Below, one piece after another: positions 23,506-36,986 of a stretch of 64,000 nucleotides of DNA. Below the pieces are notes generated by a model. It was not told the origin of the DNA and searched no databases. It worked only from the letters and a program-made list of their open reading frames with translations. The translations under genes were made by a program, and so were the position numbers. This stretch comes from Octopus bimaculoides (lineage: Eukaryota), in the NCBI RefSeq assembly GCF_001194135.2, contig NC_068983.1:29172857-29236856 (forward strand), written 5' to 3'. Numbering within the stretch: position 1 is the stretch's first letter; every line of letters starts with the position of its first letter.

Positions 23506-24922
23506 GGCCTGTAATTAAAGGTCCCCAACTACTTAACCTCCGCTTATTTTTCAGGATTAGTATTTTTGTAAGGCAGTGTACATCATACCTGACACCATTA
23601 CAAGATGGTCGGATCTGATTTCCAGTAGATTTGTCTACTATTCTTATCAGGTCAGGTGAAAACGAAGAGCCTAACTTCTTTGGCCCCTAAATGCTTTCTT
23701 CTGGTTCTATACAATCTCAGTTCAAATTCCGCTGTGGTCAGTTTTACCCTTCATCCCTCTTCCCTGGAGTTCATAAGATAAAGTACTACTCAAGTCCTGG
23801 GGTCGATGGTATCTTCTAACCCTAAATTGCTGGCCTTGTGCTGACTGGATTAAAATCTCTTAAAATGCTCAACTATTGTTTTTCATAAACCATTTATCTT
23901 AAGTTTTGTATCAATTATGATGTATAGGGAGAAATATATTGATTCTCAACCAGAGACCTCTTTCTACCACCTACCTCCCCCACACACAAACTCACACTTT
24001 TAAAAAAATAACTGGATGTATTATAACTTCAAATGTTAACGGTTTCTGTTAAGGCACAACAAATTTTTAAACGAGTACTTGACTAGAATTTGATTTGTCA
24101 ACTGTTAATAACTTTCAATTCTTTAGACTTTCACTTGATTGAGTGACAAGGCTAACTTGAAGTAGGTAGAGGGGGCGTATACGTGTCACTCGGCTAGCTA
24201 GAAATAGCAGCCAAGTTACTCTCAGATCCATACTTAACCTCTTTAAAAAAGGGAGAAGGGCGTATTTAGTAGAGTAGTCCAAGATACACTATATCTAGAA
24301 AAAAATAGGTGAGACTAGTTCGTCTCACTTATTTTCAGTCTAGAAGCCCAATAACAAATCAACTTAGTTGTTTATGAAAGTAATCGATAATTGGAGAGTG
24401 AAAACCTTTTTTTTCTCTCTCTCTTTTTGCTTTTTACACTTTTCTGATTGAATACTTTTCCCTCTTTATTGTAGTCCGGTAAACTCCTTATCCAAGACCA
24501 CCTCTGGTTCCATAATACAAACTTGAACTTTCAGATCACTCTGTCAAATATGATGCTTAGTTATTCATATTATTTTTTTAATTAATCATGCATTATCTTG
24601 TAGCTTTGAGATTTTGATGATATGGTTATTTATTTTTAGAATAGCCTTGTGAATCAGATCTAGTTGGTTTGAACATAAAACAGGTACAATATTTGGTTTA
24701 AATGCAAAAGGGTTAATGTGATTTTAGGACCTTCCCTCAAAATTTCATGTTAATTTATGTTCCAAACTCTAAAGTTTGTTATTTTCAAAGTTAGTGGCAA
24801 AAACAGCAGTGCATTTCAAAAGAAATATAGCAACAAAGGGGTTAAGAGTTTGGTATGTGTATATGTGAAAGTTATAAATAACAGCAGTGTTCAATTTCTT
24901 TTAAATATCTTAATCTTTTTAG

Positions 24923-25373
24923 ATCTCCAGCGAAATGGTAGATTCAATCAATATTGTATCTGAAGCTTTAACTCAACTAGGAGGAAAACTTATACCATTA
25001 GATGCCTTAGTAAATACTGGCAAAACATACTGGTCCTCTGTACACACAGTTACAAGGCAGATTGAGGAAAAGTCTTCTCTGACAAAAAATGAACATCCAA
25101 AACCAAGTGAACAGCCTGTAGGTTTCCAGAGTATGAGTGATACAGTTGGCAAGGAAGACACACCAAAAGTCAATGACCTCCCTCGTTCTCCAGATAGTAT
25201 TGGTAATAAATGTTATGATCAACCATCAAGATGTGTCCTTCCTGTAACCTGCTTACTTGACTATTTCATCTCCAAGCCAAACAACTCTAGTGTTACACCA
25301 GTTAACAATTCCAGCCAAATTTGCAACCCAAGTAGCATATGCTCCATTCAGGCTAGATTAACTTATCACAAAG
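24923..25373 (+). CDS. TICRR: TICRR coding exon 2
   Basis: Acceptor TCTTTTTAG|ATC (phase 0) and donor AAG|GTAAGC (phase 1). Translates ISSEMVDSINIVSEALTQLGGKLIPLDAL...SIQARLTYHK. Confidence 0.88.
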
Positions 25374-26438
25374 GTAAGCTTCTCACTTAAATATTATTGT
25401 TTGTTTTTACATTTATTTTCTTTCACAGTTGATAAAGTATTCTTGTTCCTTTTTGTATTTTGTTTCTACAGTTAACAAAATAAAGTTTTAGTTAAGAAAG
25501 GGGATAACTTAGTGGAAGATAATATTTACTTAGCAAAAGGTGGGTGGATGGCAGAATGTGTCAATCAGAGAGAAGAAAAATCTTGCTTTTATCTATTGTT
25601 TCATGCTGCCTGTGTAGTAAGAGATAGCAGTGGGCTTCTCCTCTCCACTTTGTCCGTTTCTCATCTCTCTGGCACCCTCTCCTGTTCATTGCACCTTGTC
25701 CATTCAATGAGAGATAGCATTGAACATATGCATATTCCACCACTGTCTCGATCACTCTACCTGTACCACCATCAAGGCACCTATGCATGAGGAACTGTTC
25801 TTATCTAATGCTTTTCACCATCCCCCCTCTTCACTTCCTCTTCTCAAGCCACTTACTATCACATCTTGCACCATCTCTCATCTTTTATTACCAGTCATCA
25901 TGTGTCACTGTTAATGATCATCCTCCAAAATTTGTAGGTTGTACTTTTGTTAGAACTTTATTTCATTATATTATGTTGAAGTGGTTAGTGGAAGAAACAG
26001 TAGATTAAATGCCTTACATCTCTTTACATTCTAAGTTCAAATCTTGCTGGAGTCATTATAATCAACTGTACTCTTCCATAAAATGCCTGAGCTTGGACCA
26101 ATGTTTAGCAATCATTATTTCCACAAACTTTTAAGATAGCGAGCTGGCAGATTCAGTGGCATTTTGTCTGTCTTTACTTTCTGAGTTCAAATTCTGCAGA
26201 GGTAAACTTTGCCTTTCATTCTTTGGGGCCAAGGAAATAAATACCAGTTGAACTGTTAATATAATCAACTGAACTCCTCCTCCCAAAATTGCTGGCCAAA
26301 AAATTTGAAACCAGTATTTCCATGAACTGTGGTCAGGCGAGATGTCAAAGGACCAAGGTGTCTGGTGCCTTGCTGTACTCAAGAAAACTCATACTCTGCA
26401 GCAGAAGTGTTAAGATCATTCCATCTGGTGGTGTAGAG

Positions 26439-26709
26439 CAGGGGTTTTCAAACTGTGGTCCGCGGACCACAGGGGGTCCGTAGACAGCAAATACTTTTTA
26501 TGGGCAATTTGATTTTATATATGTTTTTTAATCGAAATCTTTTAATTGACAATAAACCTATTTGTTAAATACTGTTAAATAAATGTAAAAATATATGTTA
26601 TTTTAAGCAAATATCTATGTATAAATTTCATAAGCGTTTATAAGGGGGTCCCTAAGGTAAAGCCTGAAATATAAAGGGGTCCGCAAGTCAAAAAGTTTGA
26701 AAACCCCTG
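26439..26709. mobile_element. hAT (Charlie-like) MITE, 271 bp
   Basis: TIR CAGGGGTTTTCAAAC / GTTTGAAAACCCCTG with a perfect 8-bp TSD GTGTAGAG. Confidence 0.92.
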
Positions 26710-27411
26710 GTGTAGAGCATTGATGATGGTGTTACGTAAAACCACTTGTGTGTTGTCATGTAAAAACGTCTGTGTGGCACCACGTAAAAGCATCCAGCCA
26801 TAGAAACCAAGCCAAGTCAGACTGGAGTCTGTTGCAGCTTGCCAGCATGAACAATGGACATTAAATGATGATGATGTGATAACATATTAGCTTTAATATT
26901 AAATTTGTGTCCCATTATCAATATATTTCTTGCCATTATTAATAATGTAATGCCTTTTCATTTATTTACCTGTCTCTATCATACAAACTTCCTATTTTAA
27001 AGCGATCTAAATTAAAACCTTTCATCAAAATTTCCTAATAATTCATGTTCCAAACACTATCTCAATAATGAGAGTTATTTTACTAAATTCTTCATTATTT
27101 AAAAAATTGAAACACAGACAGAAATACGGTAACAAAAGGGGTAATAAACAAACAGCTATTTGCTATGCATTAACGATAATTGATGTTGAAAGAGAAGGCA
27201 TTAAATTTCATTACTTTTATTAGATTCAATTTGATTTGATTGCCTGTGTTCAGTCCACTACTGGATGAAGACCTCAGCATGTTCTCTCCACAACCACTGT
27301 CTGATGTGGAGGTCATGAATCTGAACTTGAGATCATTACTCCTATTGTATAAAACTATTAAATTCTGAAGCTTTAAACTTTATCACTTTCGTCTTTCTTG
27401 CTGTCTTTCAG

Positions 27412-27481
27412 ATGAACGAGTTCAAGATTTGTGCTCTCTGCTACTTGTACCTTCTAACAACTCTTTTAAGGAAACTTTAAT
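27412..27481 (+). CDS. TICRR: TICRR coding exon 3 (70 nt)
   Basis: Polypyrimidine acceptor CTGTCTTTCAG|AT and donor AT|GTAAGT. Phase 1 in and phase 2 out exactly bridges exons 2 and 4 (DERVQDLCSLLLVPSNNSFKETL). Confidence 0.8.
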
Positions 27482-29584
27482 GTAAGTAAGCTATTCTATG
27501 AATAATTATACTTCAGTGTATTTATTTATTTAATTTGTTTGACTTGCAGGCTAGAATTGTTTTCTAATTTATCTTTCTAAACTATCATTTAAGTGTTGTT
27601 TTTTTTAATTCTGTTTATACAAATAGAGGCAAGCAAACTAATACATCATGCATATAATTGTAACAAGATTTGAAATGAGATTTTAAACTATAGCCCAGCA
27701 CCTTCAATCACAGATTTTAATGAAATTATATTACTTTCTACAAATGTAAAAAAAAATTCCTTGATTCAGCTTTCATGTATTTTAGTTTCACCATAGTTTT
27801 ATGTAACAAGAAAAATCAATTCACTACATGAAGTCAATATTGCTAGTATTCCATCAAGCAAAGCCGAAAGCTACATTTCTGTTGATAAAGTCATTCAAAG
27901 TTATTTCCCCTTTTTTTTTTAATACTTAGTTCTCTATTCAGCATTATAGTGATTTTTTTTTTTTTTTCTGGCAGCGAATAAAGCTTATTTTATTTTATTC
28001 CTTACAAATCAGTGTCTCTTCGAAATTGAACGATCAGTTAATCTTATTTCTTAACACTTCTTTAAGTTTTTATAAACACTTCTGAGCACTTATTTGTTTT
28101 AACATGGAATTTTAAGCCCATCTCTTCTTTATGACTTTTTTAAAGACAGTCTTCTTCAGATTTTCAAATTTTGAATCTGCTACAATAAATTAAACACTAT
28201 AAAAGAGGTTTTCTTTCAAGAGAAAGTTAATAGTATTAAGATATCTTGATCCAATGTGGTATGGTTGTATTATATACTAGCAAAGATACCCGGCGTTGCT
28301 CAGAGTTAAAATGGCATAGTTTTTTTCTATTGTTTTACTTGTTTCGGTCGTGTGGCTGCGTCCATGCTGGAGCACCGTCTTTCGTCGAAGAAATCGACCC
28401 CAGGATTTATTCTTTGTAAGCCTAGTACTTATTTCATCAGTGTGTTTTGCCAAACGGCTATGTAGCCCATCAAGTGACTTGTACTTGTAATTCAAATAGT
28501 TTGATTTTGTCCTGTTTTGTGTCATACTGGTTCTGAGAATTACATTAAGGGTACATATATCTATGATATGACTGCTTGCCCACTTACACATTAATTCAAG
28601 AGCAGGTTATTCAGTTGGTCCAACAAATGAATCCTCTTTGTCAAAGGACAAAGATCAACCACCTCCACACACATTATCAGGTGTTTCATTAGTACCAGGC
28701 TCGATTTGAACTAGAAACCTTTATTTCTAAACTAAAAGTAAGAATGGCATCAACCACCAGAGTACTGATCCATCATCATCATCATACGTCTGCCTTCCAT
28801 GCTGGCATGGGTTGGTCAGTGTCACAGAAGCTGACTAGACAAGACTGCACTAGACCTCTGCGTCTGTTTTGGCATGGTTTGTATGGTCGAATGCCCTTCC
28901 GAATATCAACCACTTTACAGCACTGGTGGGGATCACCAAGTAACTTGCAAGACAAAGAATCTTTGAGGAGGTGATCTTGTATCAGATGATGAAAGGTTAA
29001 AGTGTGTTCCATGTACTTTAGAAATAAAGGTTCCTAGTTTGAATCCAGTCAGGAATATAACTGATTATGATGAGATCAAACCAATTGAAATGTAATTGCA
29101 AATATCAAAATACGTTGGACCTTTAAAGAATAGAGTGATTTGAAAAATTATAATCCTTTGAAATTTTCTTGATAAAAGTTCTTTTTGTTAGTGATGTTGC
29201 CTTATTTTAGTGACAGAGATTGTTTTTAGTTGAATTTTCTTCTAGCACAATGACTAATGTGATTTAGATATGTTTTTGATGTCATTAAACATTATTGCAA
29301 TATGAGCTGTTAGGTGGCAGACGTAATGGAGATTTCACAGGTATGATAGATCTCTGCTACAGATAAAATGTCTGAAGAATGGGAGTGTGTCATCTGCATA
29401 TATTTGTATTGGTTTATGGTTATTGATGAAGGGTGAGATGGAAAATGAACAGATTGATGCACAAGAAGATATGGTCCAGCTTGTGTAGTTATTTTGGATC
29501 CATGTGGTTAGTTTTGGGCATGTGCTTTAGGAAAAGGTCTGACCTGGATGCTTTTATGTGATGTTTTGTCAAAGGCTTTTGTTA

Positions 29585-29749
29585 GGAGTGGCTGTGTGGT
29601 AAGTAGCTAGCTTATCAACCACATGGTCCCGGGTTCAGTCCCACTGCGTGGCATCTTGGGCAAGTGTCTTCTACTATAGCCTCGGGCCGACCAAAGCCTT
29701 GTGAGTGGATTTGGTAGACGGAAACTGAAAGAAGCCCGTCGTATATATG

Positions 29750-29780
<31 letters not shown>

Positions 29781-29972
29781 TTGTCCCCCCTATCATCGCT
29801 TGACAACCGATGTTGGTGTGTTTATGTCCCCGTAACTTAGCGGTTCGGCAAAAGAGATCGATAGAATAAGTACTAGGCTTCGAAAGAATAAGTCCTGGGG
29901 TCGGTTTGCTCGACTAAAAGCGGTGCTCCAGCATGGCCACAGTCAAAAGACTGAAACAAGTAAGAGTAAGAG
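29585..29972 (+). mobile_element. tRNA-derived SINE, family B (full length, internal (TA)n(TG)n tract)
   Basis: Box A/B-like head GTGGCTGTGTGGT...GGGTTCAGTCCC. Many other whole or partial copies, e.g. 5400-5645, 14455-14630, 14826-15040, 28320-28445, 32535-32760, 41075-41530, 46800-47170, 57825-58030, 58920-59335, 60756-61610 and 62860-63370. Confidence 0.85.
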
Positions 29973-30432
29973 TATGTATTTCAATCATTTTGTTTTGTAG
30001 ATTACCAATTAATTTTAGTATCTTTGAATAGACTGTTAGTGACTTCAAAAGAAAAAGTTTTCAAGATTTGTAAGGATGATAGCACAATAATTAACAAGGT
30101 CTGAATGCTTTTCTTTCTTCTGGGTGAAACAAGATGGAAATAGAAAAGATTAGAATATGAATTAGTTCTGGACTGCATTGAGGATAATAATGAGCTCGCT
30201 GCTATGGCTTATAACAGACCTGGGCAACCTTTTCCGAGAAATTAGTTGCATGAGACATGGCTCACCATAAGGTAGGCTGTACTATTAAAAGAATTCAAGG
30301 TAATTTTTCACTTGATATACTATTCAGAAAGTTCTGGCTTATAGTAAGTAGGAAGGAAGATTGTCCAATATTACCAGATTACCAGTCCATACTTTCATAA
30401 CAGCCTTATATAGTTGATTCTATATAAGTGAT

Positions 30433-30632
30433 GCAGCACAATTTTGTCAGTGAACAGGTCGCGGTCTCAAAGCGACGAAAATATTTTGACAAATTAAATT
30501 TAAATGTTGAAGTGAATCTGACGGCTTTTGTGTATTATTTCAAATGGCTTATAAACACCTTCCACGCTGCAATTGTTTTCGTTCCAGCACATGATCTCAG
30601 ATCAGGTCACTTGCTATGCAAGTACATCTCCG
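30433..30632 (+). repeat. ~200-bp dispersed repeat, near-identical to 52046-52247 on the minus strand
   Basis: GCAGCACAATTTTGTCAGTGAACAGG...GCAAGTACATCTCCGTAA occurs at both sites. Confidence 0.85.
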
Positions 30633-30745
30633 TAAATCTATATATTTTATCTAATCTGAAATGTTTGAGTAGGATTTTTTTTCTTTTGAATTCTTAATTT
30701 ATTATTCCTATAAAACCTTTTTTTTTTTTTTTTTTTTTTTTGCAG

Positions 30746-31187
30746 TAGAAATAACTCAACAGATCATGATTGTGGTGTCAACAAAAATCTTGTGTCTTTC
30801 ATGGGCAAACACAGCTTAGATAAAATAATGTCTCCTTTTGAATTTGTCGTTGAAAATCCTGAGAAACTGCCATCCAATTCTTCAGCTTCCACTTCTAAAA
30901 ATAAGTTTTTAACTCGATCTACACAACATCCATTATCATTACAAATGGAAATATATGGTTATCTCGAAACTTCTGATCTCAACAACTGCTCCGATCATGT
31001 GTTTTTCTGTACACCACTTCCAGAACATTCAACCTCATATCCAACCAGTTCTACTCACATTAAGCAATCTCTAAGAACAGTACACAAAGGAACTTCATCA
31101 AAGAAAAACATCAAAGAAAGAGCATCCTCAAAAATAGCCATGTTCCAGAATTTACTCCTCAGTTTGACTAAAACCAATTTACATTTG
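30746..31187 (+). CDS. TICRR: TICRR coding exon 4
   Basis: T21-GCAG|TAG acceptor (phase 2) and donor TTG|GTATGG (phase 0). Ends FQNLLLSLTKTNLHL, similar to the Treslin M-domain FQQLVSRLTAEELHL. Confidence 0.85.
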
Positions 31188-33167
31188 GTATGGCATCATA
31201 ATAATAATATTTATTCTTTGCTTATAGCTCATGACCCTGAAGTTTGTCAATATTAATTCTGTGTACAAGGTAGCGAGCTGGCAGAAACATTAGCATGGCG
31301 GGCGAAATACTTAGCAGTATTTCATCTGCCGCTACGTTCTGAGTTCAAATTCCGCTGAGGTCAAGTTTGCCTTCCATCCTTTGGGGGTCGATTAAATAAG
31401 TACCAGTTACACACTGGGATCAATATAATCTGCCAGCTCGCCGCCTTATTTATTATTTCTATTAACTCGTTCACTTTCAGGTATAACCAACACAACCATT
31501 TATATCTAACTTCCATAGATTCTTTTCTCTGTCAATTATGTTGTACCCTTTTTTTTTAACTCTCATTTCATAGTGACTACTTCTTCCTGTGGATTGATGT
31601 AGTATGTGTATGTTTTGTATATTTTTTTGTTTGTTTTTCATCATCATCATCATCACCTGATTTCCTATGCTTGCATGGGTTGGACAGGTCTTATCCAGCC
31701 AGGTCTCTTGTTACCTGTTGCAATTCCTTGTCATCTTATTCACAAGGTTTGACATCCTGAGGTCATCTTTTGCCACTCCATCTCAAGCTCCTACCTGGAT
31801 TGCCTGACACCTCTTTGCTCAGTTGTCATCCTTCCTACTACATGTCCATGCCAATACATTCTTCTTCCTTACATACTACAGCTGATTCCGATACATAGTT
31901 TCTTTCTCATCTCATCTGTTCCAGCGTTCATGCACTCTAACATTACACATCTGAACAAGTATTTTACTAACTTTGTCCATATTAACAGTTATTTCATAAT
32001 TTGAACCCCAATATAAACCCGCCTATATTTGTTCTGATTCTTCCAATAAACGTCCATGTAGTTGATTTCTCCTTGAAAAACAGCATCACCAGAATAATGA
32101 GGATAACTTCATAAATTAGCTCAGTTACTATAAAATACAACACTAATAGAAATTAATATACATAGTGATATATAGATGTCTGTACTTGCCGTTGCCGCTG
32201 CCGCCTGTTTAATACAGTCTTTAAAATAAACCATTCCCAGTTGTTGCATTCCTGAGTGAGCAAGAACAAGGGACATCATTCAATGTTTCTTATTAAGGGG
32301 AATTAATTCATTTTCTCTTACTTTCGTAGGTACGAAGCTTACTAACTGAAGCTACTATTTAATCTTCAGTTAACTCAATTGCTTGTGGAAATTCTCAAAA
32401 AAAATTTAAAAAAGAAAACAGAAACTGAATTTAATTTATAAGGTTTATATAATTCTTCTAATCTTGATTCTAGTTCATTTCAAAATGGAATTGAAAACAT
32501 ATTACTACACTGTATATCAAGTGACAACCAACTGAAAGAAGCCCGTTGTATATATTTATATGTGTGTGTTTGTCCCCCCAACATCGCTTGACAACCGATG
32601 CTGGTGTGTTTACGTCCCTGTAATTTAACGGTTCGGCAAAAAGAGACCGATAGAATAAGTACTAGGCTTACAAAGAATAAGTCCTGGGGTTGATTTGCTC
32701 GACTAAAAAGGCGGTGCTCCAGCATAGCCGCAGCCAAATGACTGAAACAAGTAAAAGAATAAAAGAATGAAAATCACATTTTCACAGAAAATGTATCACA
32801 AATGTCACAGCAAGAAAGCTTGTACTGTAGAAGTCAAGAATGGTAAATATTCTGCCATTGCCTAATGAACCAGCAGAAGGACCTAGAGTCCACATGGGAT
32901 AAATAGTGAGTGGAAATGTCAATTCCACATTGAAATTTAGCCTAACCAGAGACCTGAAAGTGTAATCCCCTTTCTGTGACCTTGAAACAATCCAAACCAA
33001 GGGACATTTATTGGTTTACCTGTTATTGGATTCTTTTTGTTATTTGTGCGATTTCAGAAATATACCATGAATGTGTGACATTGCATAAAAAAGTGAAAAT
33101 ATTTTATATAAACACACGTTTACACTTAGAGTCACATCTTACTTAATTCCTTCTTGTTGAATTTCAG

Positions 33168-33429
33168 ATGGTACAACTTAAAATCGATGAGGAAGCTGCA
33201 CCCTATATAGGTGTCCTAGAACCTATCACTATCAATCTTGCTGCTGTGACAATTCTTCCAATGGGCCTCAATAGACAACTGAAAGAGCTTTTCCCTGTTT
33301 TTCCAGTTTATGGACATTGTTCTAATTCAGAAATTTCTAGTGCTTGTGATTTTGACAAACTAGATTCTGTTTTACAGCAATATTCCACCAAGATAATACA
33401 TTCTAAACATTTCACCAAGGATCAATCAG
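33168..33429 (+). CDS. TICRR: TICRR coding exon 5
   Basis: Acceptor ATTTCAG|ATG (phase 0) and donor CAG|GTAAAT (phase 1). MVQLKIDEEAAPYIGVLEPITINLAAVTIL continues the M-domain-like beta strands. Confidence 0.88.
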
Positions 33430-33908
33430 GTAAATTAAGTTTCCGCTTCAATTTCTCCTTGTTTCCACATGGTATTGTTATCTTGTCTGCACATGATATT
33501 GTTATGTATGAGAGAGTGGGGAAAGACAGAAGTGAAAAAGATTTTAATAGATCTCTAGGTTAACGAACCCCTGACAACTGTTGATTGCTACTGAGAACTG
33601 TTAAAACTTGTATTCAATTCAACTTACTTAATTTAACAATAATAAGTTAGTCCTATTCATCAATCATTAATTGGTTTCTGTTACTATATCAACTCTCCTT
33701 TAATTGATCTGCTTCTATTAATCCCTTCTAATGAATAGTTACTGTAACGACAACTATCAGATAACACTTGCCTAAACCATGCAAATGTCTAAATTTGCAT
33801 AACTATACAACACATGATAACATGGAAAGTAGAGCTTAGATTTTTTTTTTTTATCGTTCAATATTGCTCAAATATTTTTTTTTTTTTTTTTTTTTTTTTT
33901 TCTCACAG

Positions 33909-35549
33909 ATAAAACCTTACCAGAAGCACTGTCTTCTCATACTGTATTTGATTCTTCTATTTTAAACAAATGGACAATTCCTAATGCAGAAAATCCTGAA
34001 ATGACAAAAATGTCTAAATTATTCTGTAAAAAACAGCTCCATACAAAGGAAATAGAATTGTTGAAGAAACTGAAACAGTTATATCGTAAAGCTAACAGCC
34101 CTTCTAGATTGGTAGACAAGGGATTATTAGTTGATGAAAAACCCTCAAAACCTGATACAAACCAAGCAACTGAAAGCTTTTCTCAGAAGGCTGACAATCT
34201 GAAACCTTGTCTCCTGAAAAAACTCCGTAGTTTTACTCTTGGTCCAACTCGAGCAGAAATGATTCTCTACAAAAGCATGGCAGTTGCTGAAGAGTTAAGT
34301 AAAGCTGAAAGTGAAGAACCAGTTTCGTGTATGCAACAGAATGAAGATTCCAAGCAGATTCTTAATGAAGTTAACACACTTGTTAAGTGTATTACTAATA
34401 ATAACGATCTAATTGACTTTGTTAATCAGTCTTATGCAACATCCCTCCAAGAGAAATTGGATCCTTGGAAGCAGATCTATCAAGTTGTAAATGTAGTCCT
34501 TAATTATATAAAACCTCACAATACAGACAATCCAGAAACAGAAACCAAGAAATTTTTGGTGGAACACTTGTATGTTTCTTGTTCTGATCTGCGTCATAAA
34601 TACAAAAATCCCGAATTAGAGAAAGAGACCAAAATACAAGAATATAAACTTCAGATTATTCTTCGAATGGAAATTCAGTGCCTTCAATTAGTATCTGATA
34701 AAACTGAAACTCTTGACACAAAAGACGATGCTCACTCTACGGAATCCTGCGTAGAAGATGTAGTTACAATGTTACGAACATTGTCTTTCATTTCAGATCT
34801 CACTTTATTGCCTTTCTTTCTCAGAGACGTGTTACTCAAGAATTACAGCCACTCAATGCCACAGGTTGTAGCTAATATATATGATGAACTGATGCAGCCA
34901 GTGCCCAGTGTCCTGGCTGATGTTATGTCACCCGAGTCAGATGCACCTTCAACGCTTTGTCCTTCTGTGAGTAGCTTTACTGTCGATGAATCTCTGAGAG
35001 AGTTTTTACCCAATGCAGTCCTGCAAACACAAACCAAGAAATCTAAAACCAAGCAGGTGTTGCCAGGTCTTGGGGAAAGACTCAATCGGCAGATCATTGT
35101 CGGTAAGAAATCTAATGCACAGGCAGTAAAGAAACGTCTTTCTAAATCGAAATCTAGTTCTTCGGATAAGAAAAGGACTGGTGCTGCTAGTAGTACTAAA
35201 GACACTGTTAGGGCCAGGCGTAGCCTCTTCACAAGTGATAGCAGGAAGTTAGAGAGACACCGTTCGTTTGCTGTGACAGAGAGAGAGAAGTCCCATGCTC
35301 ATCGGAGGCATAGACATCACAAAGATTCAGTGAAAAGCAAAAGGAGAAAAACAGTTGTTGCCGAGACTCCTGCACATAAACAGGTGTCCCAGGTAATGCG
35401 GCGTTGGCACCTACTGCAGAGCAGACTGACAGAGCCACTTGAAGTATTGGCAAAAGGTCAATCAAACACTGACCACAATTTACCTTTGGAACCAAAGTCT
35501 TCTAGACTTGTAATTGAAGAGTCACCCTTGAAAGAGATAGAAAGCTCAA
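33909..35549 (+). CDS. TICRR: TICRR coding exon 6 (1641 nt; M-domain end, Sld3/Treslin domain, CDK-site region)
   Basis: Long poly-T TCTCACAG|AT acceptor (phase 1) and donor CAA|GTAAGT (phase 1). Contains YKLQIILRMEI, MLRTLSF, LANIYDEL-like, VVAETPAHKQVS and VIEESPLK, equivalent to the human T969 and S1001 motifs. Confidence 0.93.
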
Positions 35550-35911
35550 GTAAGTACATCACTTATTTATTTGTTTTGTGAATTTTTTGTTTAGATTTTG
35601 ATTTCCATAAATATTCTTCATGAGAAATCCGTTGTGGTAATTATTCAGCTACGAGTTCAAATCTTGCCTTGGTCAACTTTGCCTTTCCTCCTTCCAAGGT
35701 TGATAAAGAACCAGTCGAAGGCTGTGGAGTGACTGAATTCTTACAGCTTTTGGTGGGGTACCTTTGGAACAAATGTTTTGACTCTTAAGCTTTCTGAGTT
35801 CAAATCCTGTCATGGACTATATGTTTACTTACCCTGTTGCCCAGTTTAACACCACTATCACATGGCACTTTGGATGTCTTTAACAGAGATTTACTTCCAG
35901 TTACCGACTTG

Positions 35912-36574
35912 GGATCTTGTTCAAAACGGGGGCACCAGTTTTCATTTATGTTTTATGTAGTGTTTTTGGTACCGAAAGACTTTCAAACTTCGTATACTTA
36001 TCTATTTTGTGTGATAGAACAGAAAAAAATTTTTGTATTCGGATTTATTTCATGTAAAAAGTTGTCTTATTTCGATAATTTCAACCAATCACTGACAAGT
36101 ATTCAGCTGTTTATACTTACTCCTTTGGCACTTTAAGCGGTGTAAAGCGTATTTAATCTCCATTACTTCTGACATTTTTCAGAGGCAACACACGTGTGTT
36201 CGTTTTCCCTAACCCTAACCTTAACCGACTTGCTCCTTCCCTCAAAAACCATGCCTTGTGCCTATTATAGAAAGGTTTATTAGCTACTGCCAATATGCTT
36301 CAGCCATTTTTTGACAAGGAAATAATAATTTTATCACCGCTGCGAATCGTTTGTTTACGTAGTCAGCACTTAATTTTTACGGCTGAATGGACGTCAGTCA
36401 TTGGTTGAAATTACAGAAATACGACAACTTTAACATGAAATAACTTGTGATGTATGTTTTTTTGTTAAGAAGACTAAGAGAAAAAGATGTTTTATATGAC
36501 ACATTCTACCAGTGTCCAAAGTTTCAAAGTGTTTCATTAAGAAAATACTGGTGCCCCCGTTTTGAACAAGATCC
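35912..36574. mobile_element. 663-bp MITE with long imperfect TIRs and 8-bp TSD (CCGACTTG)
   Basis: The terminal 28 bp form a perfect inverted repeat GGATCTTGTTCAAAACGGGGGCACCAGT. The TSD is at 35904-35911 and 36575-36582. CCCTAACCCTAACCTTAACC lies near the centre. Confidence 0.88.
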
Positions 36575-36986
36575 CCGACTTGAAATGATTTATTCTTTAA
36601 ATTCTCTTTAGACCAGTGTACATTGTTGTGCATTTACTTAAGAACTCATTAAATACTTCAGTTGATGTAACAAAGTTATCTCCCATGCCATGCCACAAAC
36701 CTGAAAGTAATGTTTCGCTGAGCATTTCAATGCTACACGCACTAAACATGTTTACACTAACTTTACTCTGATTCTAGAGTAATAATATCTCATGGCAATT
36801 AAGCGATTCCCTCATTGCTAAAGGAAGGACACATTAGATAGCCTAGTTTTAGATACATAATAATGTCTGGTAGAAATTAAAAGGGTGAGATAGTCATAGT
36901 TGGAATGCCTTTCATTGTAGAACTTACTCATTCTTGGATTGAACTGGGTTCTTAACAACTTCAGATGCACCACATCTGAAGTTGTT

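Noticed and set aside
34843-35495. Antisense ORFs over TICRR exon 6 (also over exons 1 and 2)
   Set aside because: They are shadow ORFs of the real coding strand with no independent signals.
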